Below, piece by piece: positions 1-12,960 of a stretch of 64,000 nucleotides of DNA. The stretch covers positions 18,797,302 through 18,861,301 of the forward strand of contig NC_068990.1 of assembly GCF_001194135.2 (NCBI RefSeq). Direction: 5' to 3'. The notes under the pieces were generated by a model. The model was not told where the DNA came from. It worked only from the letters and a program-made list of their open reading frames with translations, and made no database searches. A program made the position numbers and the translations under genes. Origin of the DNA: Octopus bimaculoides. Taxonomy: Eukaryota. The stretch's first letter is position 1. Each line of letters begins with the position of its first letter.

Positions 1-57
1 GTAGCATAGGAAAATATCTACTCTCAAGAGAATGACCTATTTGAAGTGCTGCTTTAC

Positions 58-700
58 CCTTTTTTCCTCAATTGTGGAATAAGGAACAATAAGAACTTAA
101 TCAAATCTTTTAGGTCAATGACCCTCCATCCATTCGTTTTCATCATTGTTGTTTTGTGCACGTGCTCCTTCTCATTGTAGTTTGTTATTTACTGTCGGTA
201 TTCAACGCTTTTTTTTCTGAAACTTCTTTCTCACTTTCGCGCCCTCCTCCCTTTCGATGGGTTGAGAAGATTTCTGAGCAAGCGATTCCCTTTTCTTATC
301 TCTTGGCAACGAAATTATTCCGCTGCTGGCTAGTGTTGCGGAAATGTGTCTTTTTACTGTTACTCGGGACACACCATCTTCGTTCTTACTCTCACTCAAT
401 GCTGGCAATAGTTGAAAGAATGGATTTCTTGGATTCAAAGTTAGACTGTGACTGCTTACGGAGACTTCGTCTGCCGAAACGATAAACTTTCGGCTGTTTT
501 ATTGCTGTTTTCGTCCTCTTTGTCTTTGCTGTGTTTTTTTTTTTTAATTTTCGGGATAAACACGTCTCAAGTTACTTGTGCTGTCACATGTAAAACAGAT
601 TTTTTCCATACACCGTGTATCTCGCTGGTCGATTTTCTGCTCAACTTTAATGGCCTTGTAATTTTGTGTGTATCATAACGATTCGGACGCCCATACAAGC
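58..700 (-). other. Possible first exon (A/purine-rich 5' UTR plus short coding start MMKTNGWRVIDLKDLIKFLLFLIPQLRKK) of a minus-strand gene leaving the window to the left
   Basis: Minus strand is A-rich and UTR-like. ATG at 146 is preceded by an in-frame TAA. The frame is open to a GG|GTAAAG donor at 57; unspliced it stops at TAA 54-56. The upstream boundary is approximate and I recognise no homology. Confidence 0.25.
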
Positions 701-1689
701 CATTAGACCCTCATTTTAATTAAGATATTTTGAGGTTTGAGCATTAGCTTTGTATAGTGGCTTTTACGGTATCGATAGCCATATAAAAGCGGTATCGAGA
801 GTTGTAAGCATAAGAATATATCCCTTTAGTTATATCAAGGAGAAAGAAAGTGAGAGAGGAAGAAAAAAGGGAGGGAGAGACAAAGAGAAAGATTAAAAGA
901 GAAGAAGAGAGAATAAGGGTTAATGGGAACAGTGTAGGGGTAATAAGAAATCAGGTTCAAGCTCAACCTGGAGATAATATCATATCGATTTCCGATTACC
1001 AGAATGTTACATGAAATGGGGTTAGCTTGATGTTGTTATACCCGTGTCGATATAATTGATAATATCACTGTCATCCACTTGGAAAATCGTAGCATGGTGC
1101 CTATGTTAAGAATCAATATATTCAACTCTCTGTCTATCTGTCTCTCTCTCTTTACATACATACATTTATTTATATATATATGTACATGTACATATGGGTA
1201 TATATATATATATATATATATATATTAAGGTTTAGTTTTATGTTCAATTATAATAAAAACAGTTTTACATTAATCTGATGTGTTACTACATACTCTTTTA
1301 GAAAATAATATATATGTGCGTGTATGTATGTATGTATGTATGTATGTAAGAATGTATGTATGTATGTGTGTATGAATGTATGTATGCATATGTGCTGGTG
1401 TGTGTGTATGCGTATGTATAGATTGTTTGAAGTGGTGTACAGCTGCTATATATTAAGAAAAAGAAAGGGGCCAGGATTTGGATAACAATTTATTCAGTGC
1501 TTTCATCCCTTCCAGAGATTCATCCGGAGTAGTTTGTTTTGTTTTTTTTTTTGTTTGAATTCATGATGAATCCGTGAAAAGGATGACAGCAATAAATAAA
1601 TTGCTTTTTTTTTCATCGCAATCCTCATCACTTTCTTTTTCTTAATATAGATATATAAATGATGGACTATTTCGTCGAAGGCAACGTAT

Positions 1690-1955
1690 GTGTGTTCAGC
1701 TTTTGCCGACCGAGCTGCACGAATGTTTTTTGTTTATAGTGATCAAATGCATATGTTGGACATTAGCTCACTCCCTCCATCAAATCGACGTTGCCTGAAT
1801 AGGTGAGCTGTGCTCCACGTGTCAGATGTCAGAGTGATCACCGAGCAACATGAGATGAAGTGATTTTCTCAAGGACACAACCCACCACCCGGTCTAGGAA
1901 TTAAAAGCACGATCTCGCGACCGAGGGTGAAACACCCTAGCCACTAGGCTATGTG
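1690..1955 (-). mobile_element. tRNA-derived SINE, degenerate
   Basis: Reverse complement begins GCCTAGTGGCTAGGGTGTT...TTTTAATTCCTAGACCGG (A/B-box-like), then TTGTGTCCTTGAGAAAATCACTT (CORE-like). Boundaries approximate. Confidence 0.7.
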
Positions 1956-2683
1956 ACTCCACATCCCCCCCCCCACACATACGTACAGTACATGAATATA
2001 TCCATACACACACACATGAATATATATATATATATATATATATANNNNNNNNNNNNNNNNNNNNNNNNNNNNNNNNNNNNNNNNNNNNNNNNNNNNNNNN
2101 NNNNNNNNNNNNNNNNNNNNNNNNNNNNNNNNNNNNNNNNNNNNNNNNNNNNNNNNNNNNNNNNNNNNNNNNNNNNNNNNNNNNNNNNNNNNNNNNNNNN
2201 NNNNNNNNNNNNNNNNNNNNNNNNNNNNNNNNNNNNNNNNNNNNNNNNNNNNNNNNNNNNNNNNNNNNNNNNNNNNNNNNNNNNNNNNNNNNNNNNNNNN
2301 NNNNNNNNNNNNNNNNNNNNNNNNNNNNNNNNNNNNNNNNNNNNNNNNNNNNNNNNNNNNNNNNNNNNNNNNNNNNNNNNNNNNNNNNNNNNNNNNNNNN
2401 NNNNNNNNNNNNNNNNNNNNNNNNNNNNNNNNNNNNNNNNNNNNNNNNNNNNNNNNNNNNNNNNNNNNNNNNNNNNNNNNNNNNNNNNNNNNNNNNNNNN
2501 NNNNNNNNNNNNNNNNNNNNNNNNNNNNNNNNNNNNNNNNNNNNNNNNNNNNNNNNNNNNNNNNNNNNNNNNNNNNNNNNNNNNNNNNNNNNNNNNNNNN
2601 NNNNNNNNNNNNNNNNNNNNNNNNNNNNNNNNNNNNNNNNNNNNNNNNNNNNNNNNNNNNNNNNNNNNNNNNNNNNNNNNNNN

Positions 2684-2752
<69 letters not shown>
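2684..2752. repeat. (CA)n microsatellite next to an assembly gap; representative of many (CA)n, (TA)n, (GA)n, (TATG)n, (TATC)n and (AAT)n tracts in the window
   Basis: Directly visible. Other examples: 6400-6460 (CA), 6690-6800 (TTA), 18770-19050 (TATG/CATG), 38888-38975 (TATC), 46900-46980 (ATT), 58460-58575 (GA), 61410-61580 (GA). Confidence 0.98.
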
Positions 2753-2755
<3 letters not shown>

Positions 2756-5035
2756 CCTCTAAGCCGCTATCCTTTATTGATAGGTAATAGAGTGAAAAGA
2801 TGAAAATAAAAATATGGAAACCACCTGTAATGTTTTTGCGACAAAGATTCTCACTGAATTACAGTACCATCTTCTAACAGGTAATTATCACCGTACATAC
2901 TACAGTAATACTTAAAAAATAAGGTAACGAGGCATTCACCTAGCAAGACCTGGTTCAAATCGCAGCAGGATCTTTGGTAAAGTTGACTCTATTTCTAAGT
3001 GAATGTTTGCAAAATAAACATGCTGTTTCATGTAATTTTTTTATTTTTATAACGTAAATATGTATCACGTATTTATTTTATATTAATGGGAATGAGTAAC
3101 GCAATAGCCGCCGCAGCAGGATAACAATTTTCCCCGTCATTCTGTTTTTAGCACAAACTTCATCTATATTTCGATTTTGCATTTGGCACATGAGCGAATA
3201 CGTGTAGGCAGGGAATAGTGTATAAACTCCAAGCCAGCCCATTAATGGTACAAATATACTTGTTGTGATTGTTTTTTTAGGCCCAGGTAAGCTACGGTTG
3301 GACATACTTAGCAGAAATATATTGTAAGCATTGAATATCTTATATTTATTTAGCATAGCTCTTCTCCTCCCGTTTTTAGAAGGCAATCTAGTGGTTTAAA
3401 TATAAGTATATACGTGTAATATAAATGTGTGTGTGTGTGCATGCGTGCGTGCGTGTGCGTGTGTGTGTCTGTATGTGAGTATTCGGTCACTGTTTTTTTA
3501 AAAATTAATTTGGGTAATACGTAGAAAACATCACATTCATTTGTACCTAATTTATGGACTCCAGAGATTTGATGTAGACGGTAAATTCATCTTTGGTAGT
3601 ATTTTAACTCAAACAGAAAGAACCAAAGCTAATTACGATTGAGGGATCTTATTCGCGCTCACTCACTTCTGCAATTTAGCCACTTTGGAATAATAAAGGC
3701 TTTACGAGACAATTAATGCCACTTGACTTTGGCTGAAGGAAGCTAATGAGTCATTCAGCTATTGATGTTTTTCATATACTAGATGTTTTTTTTAATCCCC
3801 AATCCATTTTGGATTGAAGATAATTTCGTCGCCATTCTGTAATATATATCACTACTGCATGATTAAAAACAGACCTTACATGGGACAAAAACTATATAAA
3901 AAAAGATTATCCACTAGACCAATAGATTTGTTTTGAGGGGAGAGAGCTTAATCGATACCATCAATTCGTAACAGATATTTTATTTATTGACCGTCAAGGA
4001 TGAAAGACAAAATATTTAGAATCTTGGAATTGAACCCAGGTCCTACAGGATTACAAGTGGTACAGTAACGTATGTTTTCCAATATTCTATAGATTTTGTA
4101 ATTCGACTCGTTAATGCTGTCGTTTTGCACATCATCCGTTGATGTCTACTGCAAAAATTTTCAAGAAATAACAAAAGGTGTGTTACGTCATAAAGCAAAT
4201 ACGTCATTATAACTATATAATCTCACCATATCTTGAGTAAGTGACTGAAATTTGCATCGACAAAATTTTTACAGTAATAGCTTAAAAGCCGCTCTCCGTG
4301 TGGATTTTATGCTAGCTCCTGTGGAGGGCTAATCAGGCCTGTGACCCCAAACTAAAAGGGGCTAAATAACTCGACTGTAGTACATCTATAATGACTATAT
4401 ACACCAGTGGTGTTTGATCATAGGTTAAGGTAGGAGAATAATTAATTCTATAATGCAATCATTCTATTGTTTCAGTCCCAAGTTGAATTCCGACTGTTGG
4501 CCATTTGCCCCAAAATTCTTAGCTCGATGTAAAATTAACGAAGCGAAAGTCATACATCTCTCGCTTTATCTCTGACGTTATCTGACAAACGCCGACCAGG
4601 ATGGCGTGAATCAGTCAAGCTTTACTTGCTAGAAATAGCAACCCAAATGCTTTTAAATCAGATCCCAATATTGCATGTTCAAGAACTAAATGTAGGGCAG
4701 ATTTTCAATCCCAGGATCATCCTGATTCCAAAAAAGTATTATATGTCTCCGTAGACCAAATGTCGACTGAAATACAACGATTCTGCACAGACAGAATTTC
4801 GCGTATATTAATATAGATATTGAAAGTATATAGAAGAATCAACTGGGTTAGGATTAGCTGTTGCAACGCTTTTGTATTGGGTAAGAAGGAAAATCTACAT
4901 TTTGCTTATTTACAACGTAAAATAAAATTTTTTATTAGGAATATATTTGGATATAGAAAAGTAGAGAAAAGAATCAGTAGTTGTAAGGAAGAGGGGCATA
5001 TTCCATGAAACCTATGAAAACGAATTACTCGTTAC

Positions 5036-5390
5036 GGCACGTGGCTTTGGCGATTAGGGTGTTGCACTCAACACCATAAGATGTTGGTTTCGATTCTCGG
5101 TCCGATCGGTGCCTTGCCTTCTCGAGAGAAAGACTGCATTTCACGTCGCTTCGGTCAACTCAACTGTAAATTAGTTCCAGCAATAGCATATGTGTTTGTG
5201 TCCCATTCTGTACCGCTTTAGAATTGGTGTTTGTGTAAGTCTACGTAACTTAGCTGTTCGGCAAAATGAAATGATAGAACAATCAGCAGGTATAAATGAA
5301 CTACTGGGTTGAATTGTTTGAGTAAATCGTCGAGCTGGTGCTCCAGCATTGTCGCAATCCATTCCCTGAAACAAATAAAAGAATAAAAGA
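5036..5390 (+). mobile_element. tRNA-derived SINE
   Basis: Head GGCACGTGGCTTTGGCGATTAGGGTGTTGC...GGTTTCGATTC. The 3' end GGTGCTCCAGCATTGTCGC...CTGAAACAAATAAAAGAATAAAAGA is shared with other copies at 10790, 12420 and 21715. Confidence 0.75.
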
Positions 5391-6397
5391 GCAATGTCTC
5401 TATCTCTAAAATGTACTTGCTAGCTTTCTTAAGTGACTTAGATTTTAAAAAATTGCACATTCAAAAGACTGATGTCGCACCCTTGAAGTGTTTTCTTCAT
5501 ATTCTGGGCAAAAATAGCGTTTTACTTACTAAAGTTAAATTAACTCCACACAGTAGCCTATACGTGGTTTTGCCTGCTAAAAATAATAGCAAAACCTTCT
5601 CCAAAACTGAATCCATAGTTCTAAAATAGGTAGTTATAGTGAGACAAACTCTGACATTAAGATGAATGATCACAGATTTTATGTCTGTGATCAAAAGTCT
5701 GTTCGATGATGATAGGCCTAAAGCTATAGAGCAACAACAACAGGTATAATTTAACAAGTGTGCTGATGGAAATAGTCAGACGTTATTAAAGCATTTTCAT
5801 TTAAACACAATTACTCTGATAATACCTTAGAAATAATACGTCGAAATTAGGAAATCGCTATGAAGTTTCCTACAGTTACGGAAGCACATATCACATAATG
5901 ACGGCCTATAAAATAATGGATTCTACATTCCTGAAAGCAAAACAAAGCTCTCTTTTCGCAGGGAATAAATCAAATCAGCTCTTTTGATGATAATCAGTTA
6001 GGTAGAGACATCAAAAGTATACGTAACGTGAAGCAGGTTCGACCAGATATTGTACAACACGTCGTTATCTAGGTTATCTATCAGCTTGCATTTTTGCTTT
6101 ATGGCATATAGAAAAGAGTTTAACACTCGGTACCATCGATGTTATTGATCTTTCTCCTCTTGACTGAACCATACAAGTGTTTTGTCTGCTTTGCCAATCG
6201 TTTAACTCATGTGACATATGTCTATCAGTATTGATATTTATTCTGAATATGTTTAGTAATTTTAGCAGACACGGAATTGAATTATTATGCGGATGTGTTT
6301 TTGTGTGTTTACGTCTCTGTATGAGTATCTGTGCATTTATGAATATATATATTATGCATACAAATGCAGAACTATTTACTAATAGAAACATATAAAT

Positions 6398-6465
<68 letters not shown>

Positions 6466-6705
6466 TCACTCGCACATCCATATGTGCGTATTTGTGTGAG
6501 TGAGTTTGTGTGTGCTTATGGGTGTCTGTATACATATGTGTGTATTTTTATCTTAAATTTAATATTTATGAAAACATGAACTCTAACATAAATAGTGCAA
6601 ATATACATACACATGAAAAGCTACAAAAAATTTTCTTAGTTGACTGCATATATCAATGGCAGACTTGAACGGATGAGGCCTTTTGTATTATTATCATTAT
6701 CATCA

Positions 6706-6796
<91 letters not shown>

Positions 6797-7285
6797 TCTT
6801 GTAGTAGTAGTAGTGTCATTAGTCTTATTTTCATCACCAGCACCACTAATATTCTTGCTGCTGCTATTGCCGTTGCCTCTGCTGCTGCTGCTCTTTGGAG
6901 GTGTCTGAATATTATCACTCCACTAGCTCACTCGATATAACGAAGTGTGAGATAGAGTTATTTCTCTACACCAATTTCCTCTTTCGGCTAAGGAACAAAG
7001 ATATTGCCTAATTAAAACAGCATTTTTAATGTAAAAATCAAACCAGGCAACTCTAATCATCACCCTCTTAAATGATTAATTTCACTTTTAACTATTCATT
7101 TACAAGACCATAAACGTGTTTATCGCTTCCTCAAGACAGCTTTTGAAATTGTCTCATAATATTCTTGGAATTATTTTACAATTTTTTGATATGTTCTTTT
7201 CTTCAATATTGTTTCTTTTTCATCTTTTTACAATCTGCTAAAAGATTGATTTACTTTAATGCGTTATATTTATTTATTTATTCAT

Positions 7286-7316
<31 letters not shown>

Positions 7317-10012
7317 TTATCGAATATTGTTTTCTAACCGCGGCTTGTTTTATTAACTTTACGCAACACAGACCGGAATTCCGGTGTGTATCATTTTTGT
7401 TTTGCTTTTTTTCTTCCCAAACAAAATGATAATAATGATTTTTCATACAGGCGCCATGTTTTAAAATATTTAGACGCAGATGGGGAAGCGTTGCTCAATC
7501 GATTTAAACGACCCTGTTATTAGACTGGTATTTATTTCACCGACCCAAGAAGGGGGAAACGGAAATTTGTCTTCANNNNNNNNNNNNNNNNNNNNNNNNN
7601 NNNNNNNNNNNNNNNNNNNNNNNNNNNNNNNNNNNNNNNNNNNNNNNNNNNNNNNNNNNNNNNNNNNNNNNNNNNNNNNNNNNNNNNNNNNNNNNNNNNN
7701 NNNNNNNNNNNNNNNNNNNNNNNNNNNNNNNNNNNNNNNNNNNNNNNNNNNNNNNNNNNNNNNNNNNNNNNNNNNNNNNNNNNNNNNNNNNNNNNNNNNN
7801 NNNNNNNNNNNNNNNNNNNNNNNNNNNNNNNNNNNNNNNNNNNNNNNNNNNNNNNNNNNNNNNNNNNNNNNNNNNNNNNNNNNNNNNNNNNNNNNNNNNN
7901 NNNNNNNNNNNNNNNNNNNNNNNNNNNNNNNNNNNNNNNNNNNNNNNNNNNNNNNNNNNNNNNNNNNNNNNNNNNNNNNNNNNNNNNNNNNNNNNNNNNN
8001 NNNNNNNNNNNNNNNNNNNNNNNNNNNNNNNNNNNNNNNNNNNNNNNNNNNNNNNNNNNNNNNNNNNNNNNNNNNNNNNNNNNNNNNNNNNNNNNNNNNN
8101 NNNNNNNNNNNNNNNNNNNNNNNNNNNNNNNNNNNNNNNNNNNNNNNNNNNNNNNNNNNNNNNNNNNNNNNNNNNNNNNNNNNNNNNNNNNNNNNNNNNN
8201 NNNNNNNNNNNNNNNNNNNNNNNNNNNNNNNNNNNNNNNNNNNNNNNNNNNNNNNNNNNNNNNNNNNNNNNNNNNNNNNNNNNNNNNNNNNNNNNNNNNN
8301 NNNNNNNNNNNNNNNNNNNNNNNNNNNNNNNNNNNNNNNNNNNNNNNNNNNNNNNNNNNNNNNNNNNNNNNNNNNNNNNNNNNNNNNNNNNNNNNNNNNN
8401 NNNNNNNNNNNNNNNNNNNNNNNNNNNNNNNNNNNNNNNNNNNNNNNNNNNNNNNNNNNNNNNNNNNNNNNNNNNNNNNNNNNNNNNNNNNNNNNNNNNN
8501 NNNNNNNNNNNNNNNNNNNNNNNNNNNNNNNNNNNNNNNNNNNNNNNNNNNNNNNNNNNNNNNNNNNNNNNNNNTATATATATATATATGTACGTGTATG
8601 TCCATTTGTGTCTGTTTTTCAACCTCCACCGTTTGATAGCAAGTGTTGCTTCATTTATGTCCGGTAACTGAGCGGTTCCGTAGAGAATTTAACACATTAT
8701 GTACCAGATCAAAAATAAATAAATAGATAAGTCTTCTAATGGATTTGTTGGAACAATGCTGTGTGCCATTTAAGTTGCAATCCTATGACAGAAGAATAAA
8801 GAAACCAACGTGAAAGAGTGATTTTAAAGTAATATTTTATAGGGATGACATGGTGATTATTCTTGGTTGGTACATTTACTTACAGTTGGGACGAAGATAA
8901 ACTTAATTCTCGTTATATTTCAATTGGCTTCGTTGCACGCGATGAGAAGTACACACACGCATACAAACACACATACACGGAGAGAGCGAAAGAATCGTAA
9001 AATCAAAGGAGTAATGGGAGTAGTGGTAGTTGTAAGAGAGAGTAAATGACGAAATATTCATGGGAGGAGTTTTAGAAATGAGAAATTAGAAATTGCCCTC
9101 CGTAGACAAAATAGAGCAACAAATTATATAGTCGCGTTTGAATTTGACAGAACATAATAATGAATATATATAACGTCAGTTTGTTTTATTCGACTTTATT
9201 TTAAAGTAATACTTTCTGTTTCCGAAAATAAGTTTTCCTTTTATTCTTTTGTATATGTGCCAAAAAAAAAAAAAGGTGTAAGTTGAATTATAATCATTGT
9301 ATGCATACCATAATGTCTGATACTACCCATGGTGGTAAAAGTTTACTTTGAAAGTTACTCGCCATAAGACGGTTAATCTTCAAGTCTGCAAATAAATGCT
9401 ACAACGCATTTTCTCAAGTGCCAGTCTTCTATTACCATTCACAGTGCATAATATAGTATTAATATTAGCAATCACATCTTGCATAAACCTACAGCAATGT
9501 CTGTATAATCGAAAGGAAAAAGAAATAGAGAAGTTATAAAGTTCATACTTTGTTTTCAGAAGCATTAATGCAATGAGCGAAGTGACTGTTCCAACTGGAT
9601 ATCAAAATCGTCTTGCTCTGCCGATGCTGCCACTACACATAACAATATAACGCTTACTCTGTTAGAGGCACGCCAGTCGACCGTCAATAGAAATGGAACA
9701 CAATCAATAATATTCAAGGAGAGTTATTGCTGGTCGATGAACGTGAATATCTTTGACCTGAGTGAGTTATTTACTTAGAAACATGCCATGCATCTTTAGT
9801 TCTCCACACCACCGCATCTCTCCTTCGCTACATCATCAATAGCAACATAAATTCGATGCTGATATTTTGAACACTGTGAATAGGCCATCGTTATAGTGAA
9901 GGAGATGCACGGAAGGGCGGGAATGTATATCTTAGTGCATTTGACCGTTTTGAAAATTCTATAATATCAAACAAATTGATGATTATTTAAATACAAAGTT
10001 ATTGATAAATAA

Positions 10013-10066
<54 letters not shown>

Positions 10067-10986
10067 GCATATATGTACATATATTTATGAAATACATGAA
10101 ACACACATATATATGAAGCACATGAAACACACATATATATGAAGCACATACACACACACACACAAATATATATATTAAACACAAACGCACACATATATAT
10201 ATATATGAAAAACATACAAATATGTACATATACAGATATATTTTTTCACGAGAGTGCATGTATCCATATGCACAAACATATATGATCAAGTATAAATTTT
10301 GTGGATGAAACATAACCGAAATCCAAAGAAACTTTCTTTGAAATAAGGCGGCTTTTTGTTCAGTCTCAACGCGTGACGCAATGAGTACGTTTTTTTCTAC
10401 ATATAGGCTTACCTAGACTCAGACCATTTCACGGATTTTAGGCAGATGTAGATAGTAGAAGAGCATAACATCTTGAAAATTGGTTTTAGTTTAGCCTAAT
10501 TTGACGCTAATTAATGTCTGTCTAGTTTTAGGTCACGTCCACCTTATCAGATGGTTTGATGAGATGAGCGTGACCTACGCTCACGAAATTTTGAGAACGA
10601 CCTGACTCAAACCGTCAGTATGTGTGTGTATATATATATGTATATGTATACAGACAGACAAACATGCATACATTATACATCTTCGCTCTCCCTCACAGGT
10701 ACATCTATCGCTATATACTGACATTTCCATGTACATGCAGGTTGTTTGTCTGTGTGGATATATATGTATATATTAGTATATATTATGGTGGTGCTCCAGC
10801 ATGGCCGCAGTCAAATGACTGAAACAAATGAAAGAATAAAAGATTGAAAGAATACCTATACATGTATGCACTTATATATATTTATTGACACAAGTATAGA
10901 TATCTACACACACGCATGAATGACTAAATATATCTGGTTCTAAGTGTTTTCCACATTACTTTATAGTATTATATTTATAACGAGGC

Positions 10987-11348
10987 GGAGGCGCAATGTT
11001 CCACTTGTTAGGGCAGCGGACTCCCGGTTTCCATTCCCAGACCGGTCGTTGTGAGTGTTTATTGAGCAAAACCACATAAAACTCCACGAGGCTCCGCAGG
11101 GGGGGGGGGGTGAACACTGCTGTACTTTTTACTCACAACTTTCACTTTTTCTTCCTATTTCTGTTGTACCTGTATTTCAAAGGGCCCGCCTTGTCACACT
11201 CAGTGTCACGCTGAATCTCCCCGAGAACTACGTTAAGGGTACACGTGTCTGTGGAGTGCTCAGCCACTTGCACGTTAATTTCACGAGCAGGCTTTCCGTT
11301 GATCGGATCAACTGAGACCCTCGTCGTCGTAAGCGACGGAATGCCACG
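10987..11348 (+). mobile_element. tRNA-derived SINE with 11-bp target-site duplication
   Basis: Flanked by identical TATAACGAGGC at 10976-10986 and 11349-11359. Head GGAGGCGCAATG...GTTAGGGCAGCGGACTC...GGTTTCCATTCCC. GC-rich body unlike the flanks. Confidence 0.85.
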
Positions 11349-11990
11349 TATAACGAGGCATAACTAAAAATCGCCATAAACGTCTCTTCGTGCCCCAGCT
11401 GTCTCCGTTAACCCCCTTTGTCTCGTTAACACTCTACTAAATGAATTTATGCTAAAACTCCTATTTTATGTCCTAATACATTTGTAAAAATATCGGCGTT
11501 CTTCCAGATCTGTCTCCATCCATAACTTCCTGCTGTACCCAACTACCTCATCTTCTTTTTCGACGTCGTTACCATCCTGTCCTCCTTTCACCTTCTGCTC
11601 CACATCTTGCTCCTCATTGTCATCTTCCTTACTCTTCCTTTTCTTCCTCCTCCTCTCCTTTTTCCTTATTCTTTGTCCTTCTCCACTTCCACATTTTCTT
11701 CTTCTTCATCATTATATCCTACATCCCCTCCTTTCTCCTCGCGTTGTGATATCTACCTAAATCTGGGTCGCCGCTGTTATGTATACTGTAGTGTCATTGC
11801 AGTTAATTCACTACATCCGAAATGACACGCGAACCGTTGCTTGCTCACCATCTTTCAGTTTCTATTTTAAACCATTTCACTCAAACTAGCTAAATCAGAT
11901 AATCTTTATGTATAACCTTGAACAAAATTCTTTCTGTTTCTGATGATGTTACAAGAATTTAACCTTCTCAACAAATCATAATTTCTTTGA

Positions 11991-12478
<488 letters not shown>

Positions 12479-12896
12479 GTACTAATCACATTATTGTAGT
12501 TCTTATACAGTCCCAGTATATTACCATTATCAAAATATTTTCATTAATTCCTTGAACCTTACTTCAGATACAATGAAATCTGTTATTTCCGTTGTAACTT
12601 GAATATCCCGTAGATATTCCATTCCTGCTGTAACAGCTAAAGGTGGCTGTGACATGTAGGTCATCTTCTGAACATTCATCGTTATTAAATGTTTGTAACT
12701 ACTAACGCATTTGTCGTGTTGTATACGATGTTTCTTGCAATATATCATTTGACACGCGATTTTTTACGTACAGAATATCAGAATATTTAATCAATTGAAA
12801 GACTAATCTCGTGCATTTGCTTGCCTTGTATACTCAACCATTTAATAAGTGTTAAAAAGATATGTATGTATGTATGTATTTATGTATTTATGTATG

Positions 12897-12960
<64 letters not shown>

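Noticed and set aside
7445-7575. Apparent exon or ORF (CAG|GCGCCATG...; MGKRCSIDLNDP) and a YY1-like GCCAT motif
   Set aside because: The sequence matches the second SINE family (compare 28790 and 60327) and has early stops.
11500-11850. Pyrimidine-rich tract followed by CGCGAACCGTTG, suggestive of a PLE 3' end
   Set aside because: No CUGANGA box and no coding homology visible.
12530-12748. Minus-strand ORF with an internal GAA|GTAAGG donor
   Set aside because: No good acceptor and no recognisable homology.
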